From the NCBI GenBank assembly GCA_003971905.1, contig RSEE01000132.1, positions 62,001 to 126,000 of the forward strand: a stretch of DNA of 64,000 nucleotides. The letters run 5' to 3'. Below are positions 1 to 12,744 of this stretch, in pieces (within the stretch, counting starts at the first letter, position 1; every line of letters starts with the position of its first letter). Position numbers and translations under genes: made by a program. Source of the DNA: Moniliella sp. 'wahieum' (taxonomy: Eukaryota). A model generated the notes under the pieces. It ran no database searches, was not told the DNA's origin, and was given only the letters and a program-made list of their open reading frames with translations.

Positions 1-344
1 CGGAAGCCTGGGCCCGTATTCCTGGTACGCCCCCCTCTCCCTTCCTCCACTATCTCAACCGAGGCCACGATAAGCGCATAACCAGCTCTTGTTCCCCCTC
101 TCTTGCCTTTAGGCGCGCAGGGGTGCACGCCCATGCTCTCTTCCGTCCGCGACGGCTGAAGGAACTGACGAAGCACGAGCCCGATCTGGCGCTGTATGGG
201 TTATCGACGCAATCGTCTACGGAGCAAGCTGAGGCGGTGAAACGACTGGACTGCCTTCCCGCTCTTGTCGGACAACCACTGAACTGGACAACCGTTGGAC
301 CGCCTACGTTCCACCATGACGACCAACCGTTCCTTAACGCATGA
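1..344 (+). CDS. 3' end of a hypothetical protein (gene starts upstream of the window)
   Basis: Intron GTACGC(25)...TTTAG(112) joins ...GSLGPYSW to RAGVHAHALFRPRRLKELTKHEPDLALYG...FLNA*. No family recognised. Confidence 0.45.
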   Translation, partial: EAWARIPGTPPSPFLHYLNRGHDKRITSSCSPSLAFRRAGVHAHALFRPRRLKELTKHEPDLALYGLSTQSSTEQAEAVKRLDCLPALVGQPLNWTTVGPPTFHHDDQPFLNA

Positions 345-658
345 TCCTCCTCCTCGCGGTGGACAGTGACACGCGTCCCTACCCTGTCTACCCGCCGGAC
401 CAGACCGTTCGATTGGCCATCCCCATGCTCGTCCCGACGAGCACCTCGCCCCGGACGCCTGACATGTAGCCCAACTCCGGGCTGCCGCTCTACCTGGTAT
501 ATCTACCTGGTGCCAAAACCATCCTGGATCAATCTAATCATTTTCATCATTACTTTGTCCGCCATGGCATCGGCGGGGTTAGAGGGCATAAGGGGGTGAA
601 GAGCAGAGCTGCAGAAAACGTCGACGGGTCAGTAACCATGCCGAGGCGCAAAATAGTG

Positions 659-757
659 TGGCTCAGTAGGAACAATTGAAGTTGATCGTCCTTGCCGCGC
701 CTCCAAAAAGTTGCTATAGGAGGCGGGCTGCGTCATCCCAAAGTTCTCATCGTTGCC
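659..757 (-). ncRNA. Box C/D snoRNA guiding 18S rRNA methylation at the yeast Am541-equivalent (snR41-like)
   Basis: Box C ACGATGA and box D CTGA with a GGC/GCC terminal stem. Guide CTTCAATTGTTCCT is antisense (one G-U pair) to conserved fungal 18S AGGAACAATTGGAG. Intronic. Confidence 0.8.
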
Positions 758-922
758 CAGCTCAGGGGGAGGACTCACGAGTTACAACCAGCGGCGAGAG
801 GGGGTGCTGCACAAGATGAGCGCGAAAGGAACAAACGGGTCTGGAACAAAAAACAAAAACAAAACAGCGGCCATGTCAGTACACAGGTCCCAACTGTCAC
901 ACCAGGCGGAGGTAAGGAGGAG

Positions 923-1034
923 GGGGCTCAGAAACGAAGAATTCCTGTTTAACCGCTTCCAAAACGCGGGGCCGCAGTGCGTTGATTCACCACGGTGCGT
1001 GTCAAGGGTTGGGTTTGGATAATCATCGCGGGAA
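923..1034 (-). ncRNA. Box C/D snoRNA guiding 18S rRNA methylation at the yeast Gm1572-equivalent (snR57-like)
   Basis: Box C GCGATGA and box D CTGA. Guide AGGAATTCTTCGTT is antisense (one G-U pair) to 18S AACGAGGAATTCCT. The D+5 rule points to the G of AACG. Intronic. Confidence 0.8.
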
Positions 1035-1371
1035 GCAAGAACGTAGGGCGCACGTACAGTACACAACAGCCAACGGAAGCGCGGGGCGGAGAGGAGGCCG
1101 GCGACGAGGATGATGGTGGTGGGCAAAGAAGAAAAACTTGCCTCGGCCGGCAGGCAATAAAAGAAGAAAAAAGCAACCCCCGGAATGCGCAGGCTGGAAG
1201 AAGGTTTACGTAACACGCGCCCCCGAGCGGATCTGCCAGCGAGGCTGGCCTCCACCTCGGCCGCTGTTCCCGCCACCGCCACCGCCACCGCCACTGCCAC
1301 CTCCACCTCCTGGGCCTGGAGCGTCGCTGTACCATCTGCCCCGTCGCTGCTAACCCCGACTGCCTGACCCT

Positions 1372-2426
1372 ATGCTCGTTGGACGCACGGTTGGACGCAC
1401 GCTCTTTGGGCAGACGCTTGCGCCTGCCCTGCCGGTGCTGCGGCCTGCCCCACGCCGGTACTTGATCTCCTCGGCCGCTGCGCTGAGCCAGCCGTTGCAG
1501 CCGGCGGCGGCCAAGGGCGCCCGGCGGCAACGTCGCGCCCCCTTTACCACTGCCAAAGCTAGTACGGCCACATGGAGGGGGAGCAGAATGTGGAATACCC
1601 GCCTTCTCTCAGTGTCTTTCTCCGTCCCGACCCGGACCTGGACGCGCCAGCGTTGCCCTTGACTGCGTCCGTGTCGCGTGCGGCCGAGGAGGCGAATAAG
1701 ATCCCGCTGTCGTACCTTGCGGTGCCGTTGGGTGTGAAGGAGGAAACCGGTTGCGATGACAGGCCAGGCCTGAGCAAGATCTCGTCCATTACCGACCCGG
1801 CGAAAAGAAGGAAGCCTTGGCCTACCAGCGTAAACTGTTGATGAAGCAAATGCGTCAACCATACTACTACGATTTACATTCATGCGTTCCCACGGCGGAA
1901 AAATTTGGCGCGGTCCACCCACCATGATCAAGGAGTCTAAAGCGCTTTACTTCCCGGACGTTATGGGCGTCTCGCTCCTCGATCGCAGCACCGTTTCCAC
2001 CACCCAGTTCCTCCAGGGCAACGTGTCGGTCGTCGCTGTGCTCACGTCGCGCCTATCCACGGACCATGTCAAGTCCTTTGTCGAACCCAACCTGGCCACC
2101 TTCCAACACAACCCTCACTTTCGCTACGTCCAGATCAACCTCCAACAAAACGCTATCAAGTCTTACCTCGTCTCGCTCTTCCTCTCTGGTCTGAGGAAAG
2201 AAACGCCAGTCGAGTTCCAACCTTCCTACCTGTTTGCCCGGCAAAACATGGAACTGCTCCGCCACGCTTGGGCCTCCAAAACCAGTACCTCGGCTACGTC
2301 TTCTTGGTCGACGATCAGTGCCGCGTACGCTGGGCTGGATGCGCATTTGCTGAGCAGGACGAACGCGATTCCCTATGGAGCTCCGTCGGCGTCCTCCTCG
2401 ACCGAATCAAGCCGTCCAAAAAGTAG
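1372..2426 (+). CDS. ATP10: Mitochondrial ATP synthase assembly factor Atp10 (indel-broken)
   Basis: Mitochondrial presequence followed by MRSHGGKIWRGPPTMIKESKALYFP, YVQINLQQNAIKSYLV and, in a shifted frame, LGLQNQYLGYVFLVDDQCRVRWAGCA. Confidence 0.9.
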
Positions 2427-3589
2427 TTTGGAGCCGGTGGGGCTTTGGAGTTGCGCGGCCAAGCACTTGTTTGCCTCTCAAACCTTACCCTTTATCCCCC
2501 ACCCTGCTCCTGACGTTCACCCAACCCGCGTGAACCTTTAGACTGGACTCGGCGGCTTGCCACTTGCCACTTGCCGCTTCCCTCTCTCCTCCGTGAAGCT
2601 TGAAGCTTGACGGTTGACGGTTAAAGCAGTCCTGCTGGCGCAGGCCCTTGGCATCTACTCTCCCGTACCCCCCCCCCCGCCCCGCGCCGCCGCCGCATTT
2701 TCCCCATGCACATGCGATCCGTTATCTCCCTCTCCGCTTGGCCTGGTGGAACCTGTAGCTGTAGAACAGGGCGTTGTTACTACTGCGTGGCTACGGGTGC
2801 CGTGCACGTCTACCCCCTCGCTATGCTGGACCTGGTCAAGTATTACGTGCGAGGAGCTAGGTGCTAGGTACTGAGTACTGACTCTTGAAGCGCAGCACAC
2901 CAGGGAGGGTGGAATTGTGAAAGACCGGTGACCGGTGACCGATGAAGCAGCCCGGAGGCAACGGCATGGGGCGGAACCTAGGCGGACAGGCGGCCGGCTA
3001 TTTGTCCAGAGGTACCGGCCGGTGTGTCGTGCATGCCACGTGACAAGTGACAGCGACCAGTGCCAATGCCACCAGCAAGCTGGACGCAACAGGGTTAGTA
3101 CGCGAATGCCGGAACGAACCGGAAGACGCTCGTCCGGGGAACGAGCACCACAGCACGCCCCGCCTACAGTGCCCCGGTGCCTAACCCGTCGCCCCAGCTG
3201 CACGCTCAGACTGAGCCTGAACGTTGCACGTTGAACTTGAACGTTTGAACATTGAACTTGCCCCTGTGAACTGAACTACCCAGGGAGCACCGTGCACGGC
3301 CCCACCGCCCGGCCCACACGATCCTAGTCACTAGTCCCAGGCTTCCCGGTACCTTCCCCCCGGGGGTGCCGGTACCCGGTATCCCGAGCTTCCTGCCGCC
3401 CACCCCGATCCTTCTCCTCGCGGTCTACCTACCTAGCCTCCTCTCCCTGCCCAGTGCCAGTGCCCACGGCCAAGCAACACGCAAAAACGGAGGCATCTCA
3501 TTCGTTAGAGCAACAGCACTATGCGAGCACCCCTCTGCGCCCATCGGATTGGGTCGACGGCGCTGGAGCAAGGCCAGGGTACCTGGACT

Positions 3590-4754
3590 TTACGGGTTGG
3601 CCTGCACCCACTTGACACCCTTCTCAATGTTGGTCTTGAGCTGGGGCAGCGCAGCCTCGAGCAACTTCTCCTCCTCGGCCGAGATGGTGCCAACGGGCAG
3701 AATCTTCTCCACGCCCTCGGGGCCCAACTCCACCTTGGACGAGAAGAAGTCCACGCCCTGGTCCTTGTACAGCGGCGAGTCGACGTAGGTGCACTCCGTC
3801 ACGCCCTTGGCGCCATTCAGCGCGTTCAGCAAGTGGTTGGTAAACACCGACGCGGCATAGGCCATCGACAGAGTCGCCGAACCACCGCGCATCCTTGGCC
3901 TTGACCACCTCGTCACCACCAAATTGGATCCGGTTGACCAGCTTCTGGTACGTCTCCGAGTTGTTCGCCAGCGACGCACTCGTCTGCGACGCTTGCGACA
4001 GCAGAGGCACAATCGTCACGCCCGAGTGGCCACCCACAACAGGCACCACCGTGTCGGCCGGCTTGGTACCAGCAATGCCCGACAGGAACGTCGACGCACG
4101 CGTCACATCCAGCGTCGTCACACCACAGGCTAAGCCAACAAAATCAAATGTACCGCGTCAGTTCAGCGCCCTGAATTGAAATGCAACAGCACAGAGGGAG
4201 ACAAGGAGGGGGTGGGGAAAGCAAGGATCACGTACCGCTTAGGGTCGTACACACCGGCCGACTTGAAGACCTCCTTGACGATAGGCAACGTCGAGTTGAC
4301 CGGGTTGGAGATGATGAGCAAGTGGGCCTTGGGGGCGACCTTGGCAGCGGCCTTGGCGAGGTCACGGACAATCGAGGCGTTGGTGTTGAAAAGGTCGTCA
4401 CGGGTCATGCCGGGCTTGCGGGGCACCGGCAGGAATGACAATCACCTCGGCGCCGTCGAGGGCCTTCTCGAGGCCGCCTGCTCAGGGCCGTAGCCAGCAA
4501 CGGGGGGGCGGTGTGTTGACGTGGCCAACGTCGGCAGCGACACCGGGCGCAAGGCGCAGGTCGTACAGGCGGAGCGAGGTAACGAGCGGGTTCGACTTGA
4601 GCAGCAGCGACAGCGGCTGGCCAATGCCGCCCGACGCACCGAGCACCGCGACGGCCTTGTGGTAGCGGCCGACGAGGCAAAGCCACGGGCCAAGGCGGGC
4701 GCAGCAGCGGCACGCAGGGGTAGCAGTAGCGGAAGCAGACGCACGGACAAACAT
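3590..4754 (-). CDS. MDH1: Mitochondrial NAD malate dehydrogenase
   Basis: [70 protein letters not shown]. One intron near 4130-4235 and several indels. Confidence 0.97.
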
Positions 4755-5251
4755 GCCGAAGTAGGGGGTGGGGGGGAGAGGGGGGGGGGAAGAGGTGGGG
4801 GTGGTGGGAAGGAAGGACAAGCTAGCCAGGGGCACCGACCGGCTTTGTACCTCGCGAAGCTTCCCAGCCGCCCGCTGGGCCGGGGGGTGCCTGCCAGCGA
4901 ACAGGCAGGCAGGGCACGGGGGGAGTGTGGGGAATGCCAGCCGGCCAAGGCCGCACGGACGCGCACTGGCGCCGTGCTGCGCGGCCCACGTCATGCACCC
5001 GCAGGCGGCACTGGCGGGGGTGCGGGTGATGCACTGCGCTGCCCCCAGCCGGGTCTTCCGCGACCGGCGGCTGGCGGTGGGCGCGGCAGCAGCACGCCAG
5101 CCGCCGCGGCGACAGCGGCGGGGTGCGGCGCTCGGGCGGTTGCGCACGCACCACCAACATGGCTTACGTCGCAGCCCCGCCCCGCCCCAGCACGTCAGCA
5201 ACGTGACTCGTACCTGCGCTGCGGTTCACACTCGAAGCAGCAAAAAGTGTG

Positions 5252-5345
5252 CGACAATGACAGGATTCGAACCTGTGCAGGCAGAGCCTAATTGATGGTT
5301 AGACACGCGTTCTAATCAATCCCTTAACCGCTCGGGCACATTGCC
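5252..5345 (-). tRNA. tRNA-Ser(AGA) with a 13-nt intron
   Basis: GGCAATG/CATTGTC acceptor stem, anticodon arm ATTGA-TT-AGA-A[intron]A-TCAAT, long variable arm, GGTTCGAATCC T-arm, TTTTT downstream. Confidence 0.93.
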
Positions 5346-5465
5346 GTTGTGTCTGGATCTGTGATACAGATGGTAATGCCCGTATTCAGTTGATGCGTTC
5401 AGCCTCCCCCATGCGTACGCCGCCAAGCAAGAAAGACCCGCTATACATTTCCCCCCCAGAGACGA

Positions 5466-7273
5466 CTACTCATACAGTACCCATCCGACGCGTACACCCC
5501 CCACTCGCGTCCGCCGTCGCGGTGAAACTCCACCACGCGTGGGCGGTGCCCAGCAGCTCCCGCCGCCGCGCGCCGCCGCTTCTGCCCCGCTCGGCTGCGA
5601 CTCCTCAGCGGAAAGACCGTGTGTCAGTCAGCCACAGCGTCGCATCCACGTTGCCCCGCACCGCACTCCACAGCCAAGGCGCGAGCAAGCGGCGAAAAGG
5701 ACGAGGCAAACCCACTTGCCTCACTCGCCACTCGCTCATTGATCACGTACACACGCACCCCTTCCCTTGCCTTGCAGGTGCAGTAACTAGAGTAGGTAAT
5801 CGCTGCACGCCCATCGCAACCAAACCAGGGTGACTGCCTCGCATCGGTCGACATCCGGATCGACAAACAGGCGGCCAAACCATCGATGACCAGCGTCGCA
5901 GGTCCACGTTCCCCCCGCTACCGCCTTCGCTACCGCCCCGGCTCCGGCCCCGCGGGCATGCTGGCGAGGCGGGTAGATGCGTGCCAGTGCCGTGCTCAGT
6001 TCTTCCACTGACCCGACCGCGTCGATGAGCAAGCGCCGGGTAGGTCTTCGCGCCAAAACGTACTCCATCCCATCGTCGTCTGTGCATCGAGGACGAGGCG
6101 AAGGAGAGCAGCGAGGAGACCGCTTCCGTTTCTTCTCGCTCGGGCCACGATGTCCTGGCCCAACTGGGCCAACAGTGCATCTTCCACCTGGGTCCCCTTT
6201 TGGGCCAGGTGCTCCCGCATGCGCATCCGCATTTGCGTTTGTTTCTGGTTTTTATTTCGCTGCTGTGCCTTGCTCCTGCTGCCCCTCCCGCGCCTCTGAA
6301 GGCCTGCGTCCGCCCAGGGAACCACAAGCCAAAGCGTTGCTCCTCCTCGTGCAGCCAGAGAGAACGCAAGACTGAATTCAGCACCAGCTGTCCGAGTTCA
6401 ACGTCAGCATCACATCATTCACATCATTCACACCATCCGCACGGTCCACACGGTCCGTACCATCCCACCTCGCTTCCCACCCAAACAGAGTGAGCGACTT
6501 ACCGTCTCGCGCCCGGACCCGCGCACGCCCGCCACATGCACCACCTCCCCTTTGTTCCCCAGCTCAACGCGCGACGGCAGAGGCAGACACCGCACCAGAT
6601 CCGCCGGCAGAGCAAGCGCCGAACTCAGTCTCGCCCTCGGTCCGAGATACTTGGTCTTCCCTCCCTCCCGCTCCACACACACACCACCCCCCCCTTCACG
6701 GTCTTGGTCCTGCTCACGTTCTGGATCACGTTCTTGCTCTTGTTCGCGCTCGCGCTCGCGCTCGCCCATGACACCCACCACCCGCACCGGCTCGCCCGCG
6801 CACATATCCAGCACCGCAGCATACAGCCCTTCGAGGTTGTCCCAAAACGCACGCAACGCCCTGCCCTGGCCTTGGCTTTGACCTTGGTCTTTCCCTTGGC
6901 TTGACCTTGGTCTTGACCTTGACCTTGACCTTGGTCTTGGCTTGCGGCGGGGACAGGGCCACCATGCTTGGTGTGCTTACGGTGCGGAGAAAGGCAGTGG
7001 TGGCGCCGTGCCAAGCACCTGGCTCCGCACCGCCGCGCCACTCGGCTCGCACTAGGTCCTGCACCGTCTGGATCGATTGACTGGCCAGCGCATCGAGCAC
7101 TGCCTGCCCAGCGAGCGAGAGGGCGGGGCCAGCAGGAACAGCAGGACCAGCAGGACCAGCGGGAGCGGGAGCTTGCCGCGCCCACGCAAGAGCATGACCT
7201 AGCTCCGGACTCAAAGAAGATCGGACAGAGGTAGTGTGCCGATGCGTCGGTCTCCAGGGCCGGTCAGGTACAT
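5466..7273 (-). CDS. RAD51 paralogue (RAD51D-like) with a degenerate Walker A motif
   Basis: Removing intron 6502-6388 (GTAAGT..GCTGAC..CAG) gives GEVVHVAGVRGSGRETLVLNSVLRSL. Walker B-like TLVIDGLAACL near 5880. C-terminal VYVIN and VDATLWLT resemble fungal RAD51D. Many indels. Confidence 0.6.
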
Positions 7274-7977
7274 AGGTGGTAGGTGCGGTGCGCGCGGTGC
7301 GGGGGCGCAGGTGGAACGCGGAGAGGACACTGAGTATTGACCCGCCCCGCCTACACGCCTACACGCGTCAACGTCAACGGTGACCGGTGAGTGGTGAGTT
7401 GAACGAGTCGATGCAATTAATGGTTGTGGGACGTCGTTGGGTGGTTCGGTGCTTTGTGCTTTGTGCGTGCCACGAGTGAAACGTTCACTACTTTCCCGCT
7501 CCCATCCCAGGCCGACGGGGGGAGTCGATGATCGATGACAAACCCATTCGCTCCCACGCGTCAGGCTGGCGTTCGAGTAAGTAGTACCGTCCGCGCACGA
7601 CAGCCTGTGCAGCCTGCATCTACTTGCCTGGATCGGAACGCGCTGGTGGGTGCTGGCATCACATGCATCAACGTCGAGTTCAACTGAACGTTCAACTGAA
7701 CATCCTGTTCATCATGTTCACCGTGCTCGACCAGCCCAGGTCAACGTAACAGTCCAGTCCACCGTTCGCATCCACCAGCGCCACGTCGCCTTCGGCTGAT
7801 GAGCAATGAGCAATGAAGGATGAGCGCTCAGCAATGAGCAATGTGCAATGAACGGGCCGCGGTAGGCTACAATTCAGTGGACTATGGAGGGAGAGAGAAG
7901 GGGGCACGTATACGTTCGCATGCGTTTCAAGACACTTTCACCGCCGCGGTAGCTCGGTTGCAATGAGACCAAGCCAT

Positions 7978-8566
7978 TTAGTGGTGGTGGCCTTCGTGGC
8001 TCTCCTCGGGGCCACGGTACACCATCTTGTACACTAGCCCACAACCAGCACACGTCAGCATCCACACACGTCTCATAGGGAGGAAGCGGGCCAAGGGGGT
8101 AGGCGGGGGAAAGAGGGGAACAGAGAGAAGAGAGAAAAGAGAAAAAAAAGGGGGGGGGGACGTACCATTGCCGCACTCGGGGCAACGAGCCTTGTACTTC
8201 TTCTGCAGCAGGAGCCAGACCACGTCGTGGGATTCCTTGGGGAAGCCCGTGCAACCAACAGGACGAGTGATACCGTACGAGTCGACGGAGATGGGTCAGC
8301 CAGCGTGCCGGGCTTGTTGACCTGCAGCGGCTTGTAGTCGAACAGGTCGATACCCTGCTTGAGCGCCTCCCATTCCAGACGCTCCACACCGGTCGACTGG
8401 GTTTCCTGGGTCGGCATCTCCCGGGCTTGGCACCCACGCCAGTCCAGATGGGCGGCACATTGTCCGACGCAGCCTTGGCCGAGGTGGCCAGGGTGCGCAG
8501 CGCAACGGGCGCAGCACGCGGGGCGAGCGGCGTACGCAGAACAGGCAGCACAGCACGGGCGAACAT
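7978..8566 (-). CDS. COX4: Cytochrome c oxidase subunit 4 (COX5B family)
   Basis: Presequence MFARAVLPVLR, then EMPTQETQSTGVERLE, VGCTGFPKESHDVVW and the zinc site RCPECGN-[intron]-VYKM. Confidence 0.95.
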
Positions 8567-10493
8567 GGTGGTGGTGGGGGGGGGGGGGGTAAAGGTGGAG
8601 GTGGAGGTAGAGGTGGAGGAGAGGTAGGTGGGTGCAGGACCGGACTGGACTCGAGTCGACAGCGCTGGGCGGAGGACGAGAGGGCTGCTTCGTCTTCGGC
8701 CACGCATCGGCGGCTGCCCCCGTGCCCCCGCGGGCGATGCGCAAAACTCGGCCCAGGTAGCGCTAGGGTTTGGTTACTAATCCCACTAAGGCGAGCCGTC
8801 GGCCGGCGCCGGCCGGGAAGCGCATGCCGTCTGCCTTGCAACTTGCAACTTGCAACTTGCAATTTAGCCGTGCCGTGTCGACTGCCCAATTTCAAATGTC
8901 AATTGTCAACCAGGCAAGCCTCAGGCCCACCTACATTAATCAGCGCACAATCATATCATTAATCAGCCTGGCATTTCCATCCCCTTCCCTGTCGTTGTTC
9001 CATTCCATCCAGCCCGGGCGACAGCCCCCAGGCGAATTGGCATGGACATACTCCATAGGGCCCGTCGCACAGAAGAGGGGCCACTGAATACCTCAGAAGA
9101 AGTACGACGTCCGGGCGAAAGACGTACAAACGCTTAGGTGGAATGCATAGCCGGCCTCTCATCCTCTCAAACAAGCTTTCACAGGTTACATGTTATTACC
9201 CCGACAATCCGATCCCCTACCGCAGCGAGTGAGTCTGATCTGTGTCGAGAAGGATGGGGCAGTTGCCGGGAATTTGCGGGGGTTAAAATGTCTCAACCCT
9301 CAATAATGAAAAGATTATGGGCAACAAGAGAGAGAGAGCCGGTATAATGCACACGAGTACGAGTGCACCGGGACAACTTCATGTAAAAGCGTTACTAACT
9401 CTTCCATCATTAATCCGAGTTGTCACTTAACTCACTCCCTCTGATCCGCAATACATCGCATTGTGGTCTCAGCTGTTTATTACGGTTGGAGATGAGAGAA
9501 ATAAGAGTGGGGTGGAGGGGGGCTTCGATGCCGAAGCTTTTTTGAGCCCACTATCGAGGAAAACAAGTGTGAGCGCTGTCATAGCAACACGTTTTTAGGA
9601 TTATCATAGCACGGGGCAACGGTGGTAGTAAAGTTGTGTGTACTATAAGAGTTTTTTGTTTGTCGCCGCCACTTCTCTCCTATCATAGACGCACATTTTA
9701 CGAATGTTGGAACCAACAACAGGTAGGCCAACTTGCCACACAACAAAAGACTTTTAAATGGCGCCGGGAAACAGCCGGAACGGCGCCGCAAAACTTCATT
9801 CGATAACCAGCCCAGCGAGCAGAGCAATGGGATGGGAGGGAGAGGGAGGTGCAAATGGCACCGTAGCCCCGCAAAAGAGAGAATGTTGGACAAGTGTGTC
9901 CTTACGCTTCGTCTGCAGCAAACGCCAGTTTGCTGTACAGTCACCCAACAAAAAGAGGTCTGTATGTCAATGACAAATGCTACCGGCGAAGCAGGATAAT
10001 GGAGAGAAAGACGGAGGGGAATGGTATCTAAAAGTGTGGTGCAGCAGAGAGAGCCTGGATCAAGGGTCGATGCGGCAACCGGAAGCGAAACAGAGAAAGA
10101 CTATGCTCCCAAAGGGAGTAGAGACATTCATAGAGCAGGGTTACGAGGGAATATCGGGAAAATGTGGCCAGAAGATCCATGGGAGAGGAAACAAGAGGCG
10201 TGGATGCAGGGAACAGGGAACAGAAGTAAAAAAGGGAATGGTAGAATGACACAAGAGGATGCATCATTCAATGTGAAGAGAGCGTCGAGCGGTGGACAGA
10301 GGGAGGTGGGAGATGGAGGCAATGAGACAGTAGTAGAACCCCCCTATTAGGGGTACACTGGTGCATGCTGAAAGAAAACGCACACATTGGAATCTCTTCC
10401 ATATTTTTTGGAAATGATGGAGCAGGCCAGCAACGGATTGGGGTGTAAAGTACCATCCCTCGGGTCATCCTGTACTGCGTGAGGGGAATTGCA

Positions 10494-11977
10494 TCATGGG
10501 ACGTCTTGCTCATTTGGGTGTTGGACCTGAACGGAGAGCGAGGGATTGCTTCCTGCCTCCAATCGATACATCTTGTTTCGACCCTGTGGCGACGGGGGCT
10601 CGGACTCGCACCGCCTTTTGCGGGACATGCGTACTGCCATCTGGTGCGCGGGCTCGTTCTTTTCTTCTGATGAGGGTGGGGTACCGTCGTCAGACGCCGG
10701 CGGTGTAGGAGAATCATCAGGCACCGTGGGGGATACCACCGACGTGAAGGCTGCTGACGGTGGGTGCGTCGGTGGGTGGAGGAGCAATTCCCGAGGAATC
10801 TGCGGCTTAACAAATTGGTCCGAGTAACTTTTCAGCGCCCGTGTAACAAACGAGCGCGCACTTGCCAGGGTAGCCAGTACTGCGGTGCCCGCACGCTTAC
10901 CGCCACACCGTTGTACCATGCAGCTTCGATCCGGTCCAAGCACCATGGTAGACTGGATGCAATGCCAGAAAGTCGATCAACCGTGGGATCGTCATGCGCT
11001 CCTCCCACTTTATCCCGACATCTCCGTGTTCATCAGTTGGTTCCACAGTGCCTCAGGGCTTTGGAGGTAGAGAAATTCGTGCGTCCAACCAAACGCTACG
11101 GGGTAAGGAACAGCCACCTTCACTACCGGAAGATACATCATATCGTCCGGTAGATAGTTCGGCATCGACGCATACACACGGGTGGGGTCGTGGCTTGGAA
11201 GCGGCCCCGAACCGAGATACGGAAAGCCAGGTCCACATTGAAGTGCATACGGCGGAGCATGGATTGGAATTAGTTCGCCACAATTTGCGCGGTTGTGCTC
11301 CTTGGTGTCATTTGTAGGGCGGAGAAGTGGTTCAGGTCGTTGAGAGGGTATAAGTGCGAGATATGAGTAGGAGGCAAAGGACCAATCGGCTTATTCTGTT
11401 GTGCTTGCCGAGCTCCTTTGCTTTGCCTTTGCCTCTTACCCTTTCCTTTTCCCTCATTCCCCTTTCCCACTTTCCCACCTTCGTTTATACGTTTACTCGC
11501 AGAGTCCTCACCCTCTTTCTCATTCATCGTTGTGGGTGTTGACTCGCACGTATAAGTCTTGGGGGAAGAACGTGGGAGGAGAACAAAGGGGGGGCAGCGC
11601 CCAAACCCAAAAATGATCTTCAACTGCCGCTTGTTTGAAGGGATCAGCTCTTGGGTCATGCGAAGCAAGGTGTTCGCACCATCGTGTTGTTCAAACCAAA
11701 GTTTGCTTGCCACTTCCGCCTCGGAGAAACAGCCGAGACGTGTATGGTCCTCCTTGCCGAGAAATAAAGAGCGAGCCTGACGAAACAGGCTCTGGTTCTC
11801 GCTTGTGTTAATGGCGATGTTGTGGTTCTGAAAGAGTCGGGCGGGTGCAATGGGGGCAGGGAGGTTGGGAAAGGGCAAGGGACGAATGCACACATGAAGC
11901 CAGGGGTGGGACTGAGATACCACCTGTTTTTTGGGGGGGGGTGCAGCGCCAGAAGAATGCCCATCAATAGGAAACAT
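10494..11977 (-). CDS. Clp1 / clampless-1-like basidiomycete developmental regulator (indel-broken)
   Basis: Motifs in order across frames: PPTHI, LIPIHAPPYALQC, LPVVKVAVPYPVAFGWTHEFLYLQSPEAL, RIEAAWYNGVAVSVRAPQYW..TLASARSFVTRAL. This matches the recalled Clp1 family pattern. Confidence 0.65.
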
Positions 11978-12744
11978 TTTGATAATTGGGAATGCAGATT
12001 CTTGGAGGAGCAGAGGCGAGGGAGGAATGGTCTCTCAGGCGAAGGGATGGAAAGGAATGGAGTCTTGTGGGGAATGGAACCATGCGCAAGTACATATATA
12101 CTACAGATGTTGTCCAGGGGTGCTTGAAGGACGGTATACAGGTGGCTGCTATGCAATGGGGGCTCTGCGTCCAACAACAGAAACAATATGACCAGCCCTT
12201 GAATGCGTGGATCATCGATCAGCCTAGAAGTACAATTACATACATCACCCCCCCCTATAGCAAGACATCGACATCATATTCAACGGTGTGTAGCGCGTTT
12301 TTGCACTAATATCAAACAGCTTCCATACTACATATCATTCCCCCCTCAGTTGCGGAGCTCATACATGTCATTTCCCTTAGCTGCGGAACTCAAGCTATGG
12401 GCGGCGAGGTGACCAATTTTTAGGCGGCGCAATGTGTGGGGTGATGCGAAAGAGGAGATGCTGATGAGGTTATAATAGAGTGTAATGGCTTCGATGACTC
12501 TTCTCAAGCACATAATAAGTGTGCCGTGCCGCACCCATACGCGTTGATGACTGGCTGTGGACACAGCAGCACTATAACCACGGGTTTTATCGGCAAGAAA
12601 AGGTACGACAGAACTCCAGCAACAGAGTTTTATAGTAGCCTCTCGTGCTATACGTATTATACGTTCAGGCTCTACTCCATTGGTATACCGCATTGCGTGA
12701 ATGTGACCGCAAGTATATATTGCGAGAATACCCTGTTTGTTTAG

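Larger units (their letters stand above)
540..1140 (-). ncRNA. Spliced non-coding snoRNA host gene with two introns (ends approximate)
   Basis: Minus-strand intron 1057-841 (GTACGT, branch TACTGAC, TTCCAG) and intron 778-609 (GTGAGT, branch TACTGAC, CTGCAG). Exons are short with no convincing ORF. Divergent from ATP10. Confidence 0.7.

Noticed and set aside
1372..8566. Functional cluster of mitochondrial genes (ATP10, MDH1, COX4)
   Set aside because: Interspersed with unrelated genes and no shared regulatory motif was seen; chance proximity is plausible.
8761..8780. Isolated TTAGGG-like words as an interstitial telomere (also 12741, 59019)
   Set aside because: Single hexamers are expected by chance and there is no tandem array.
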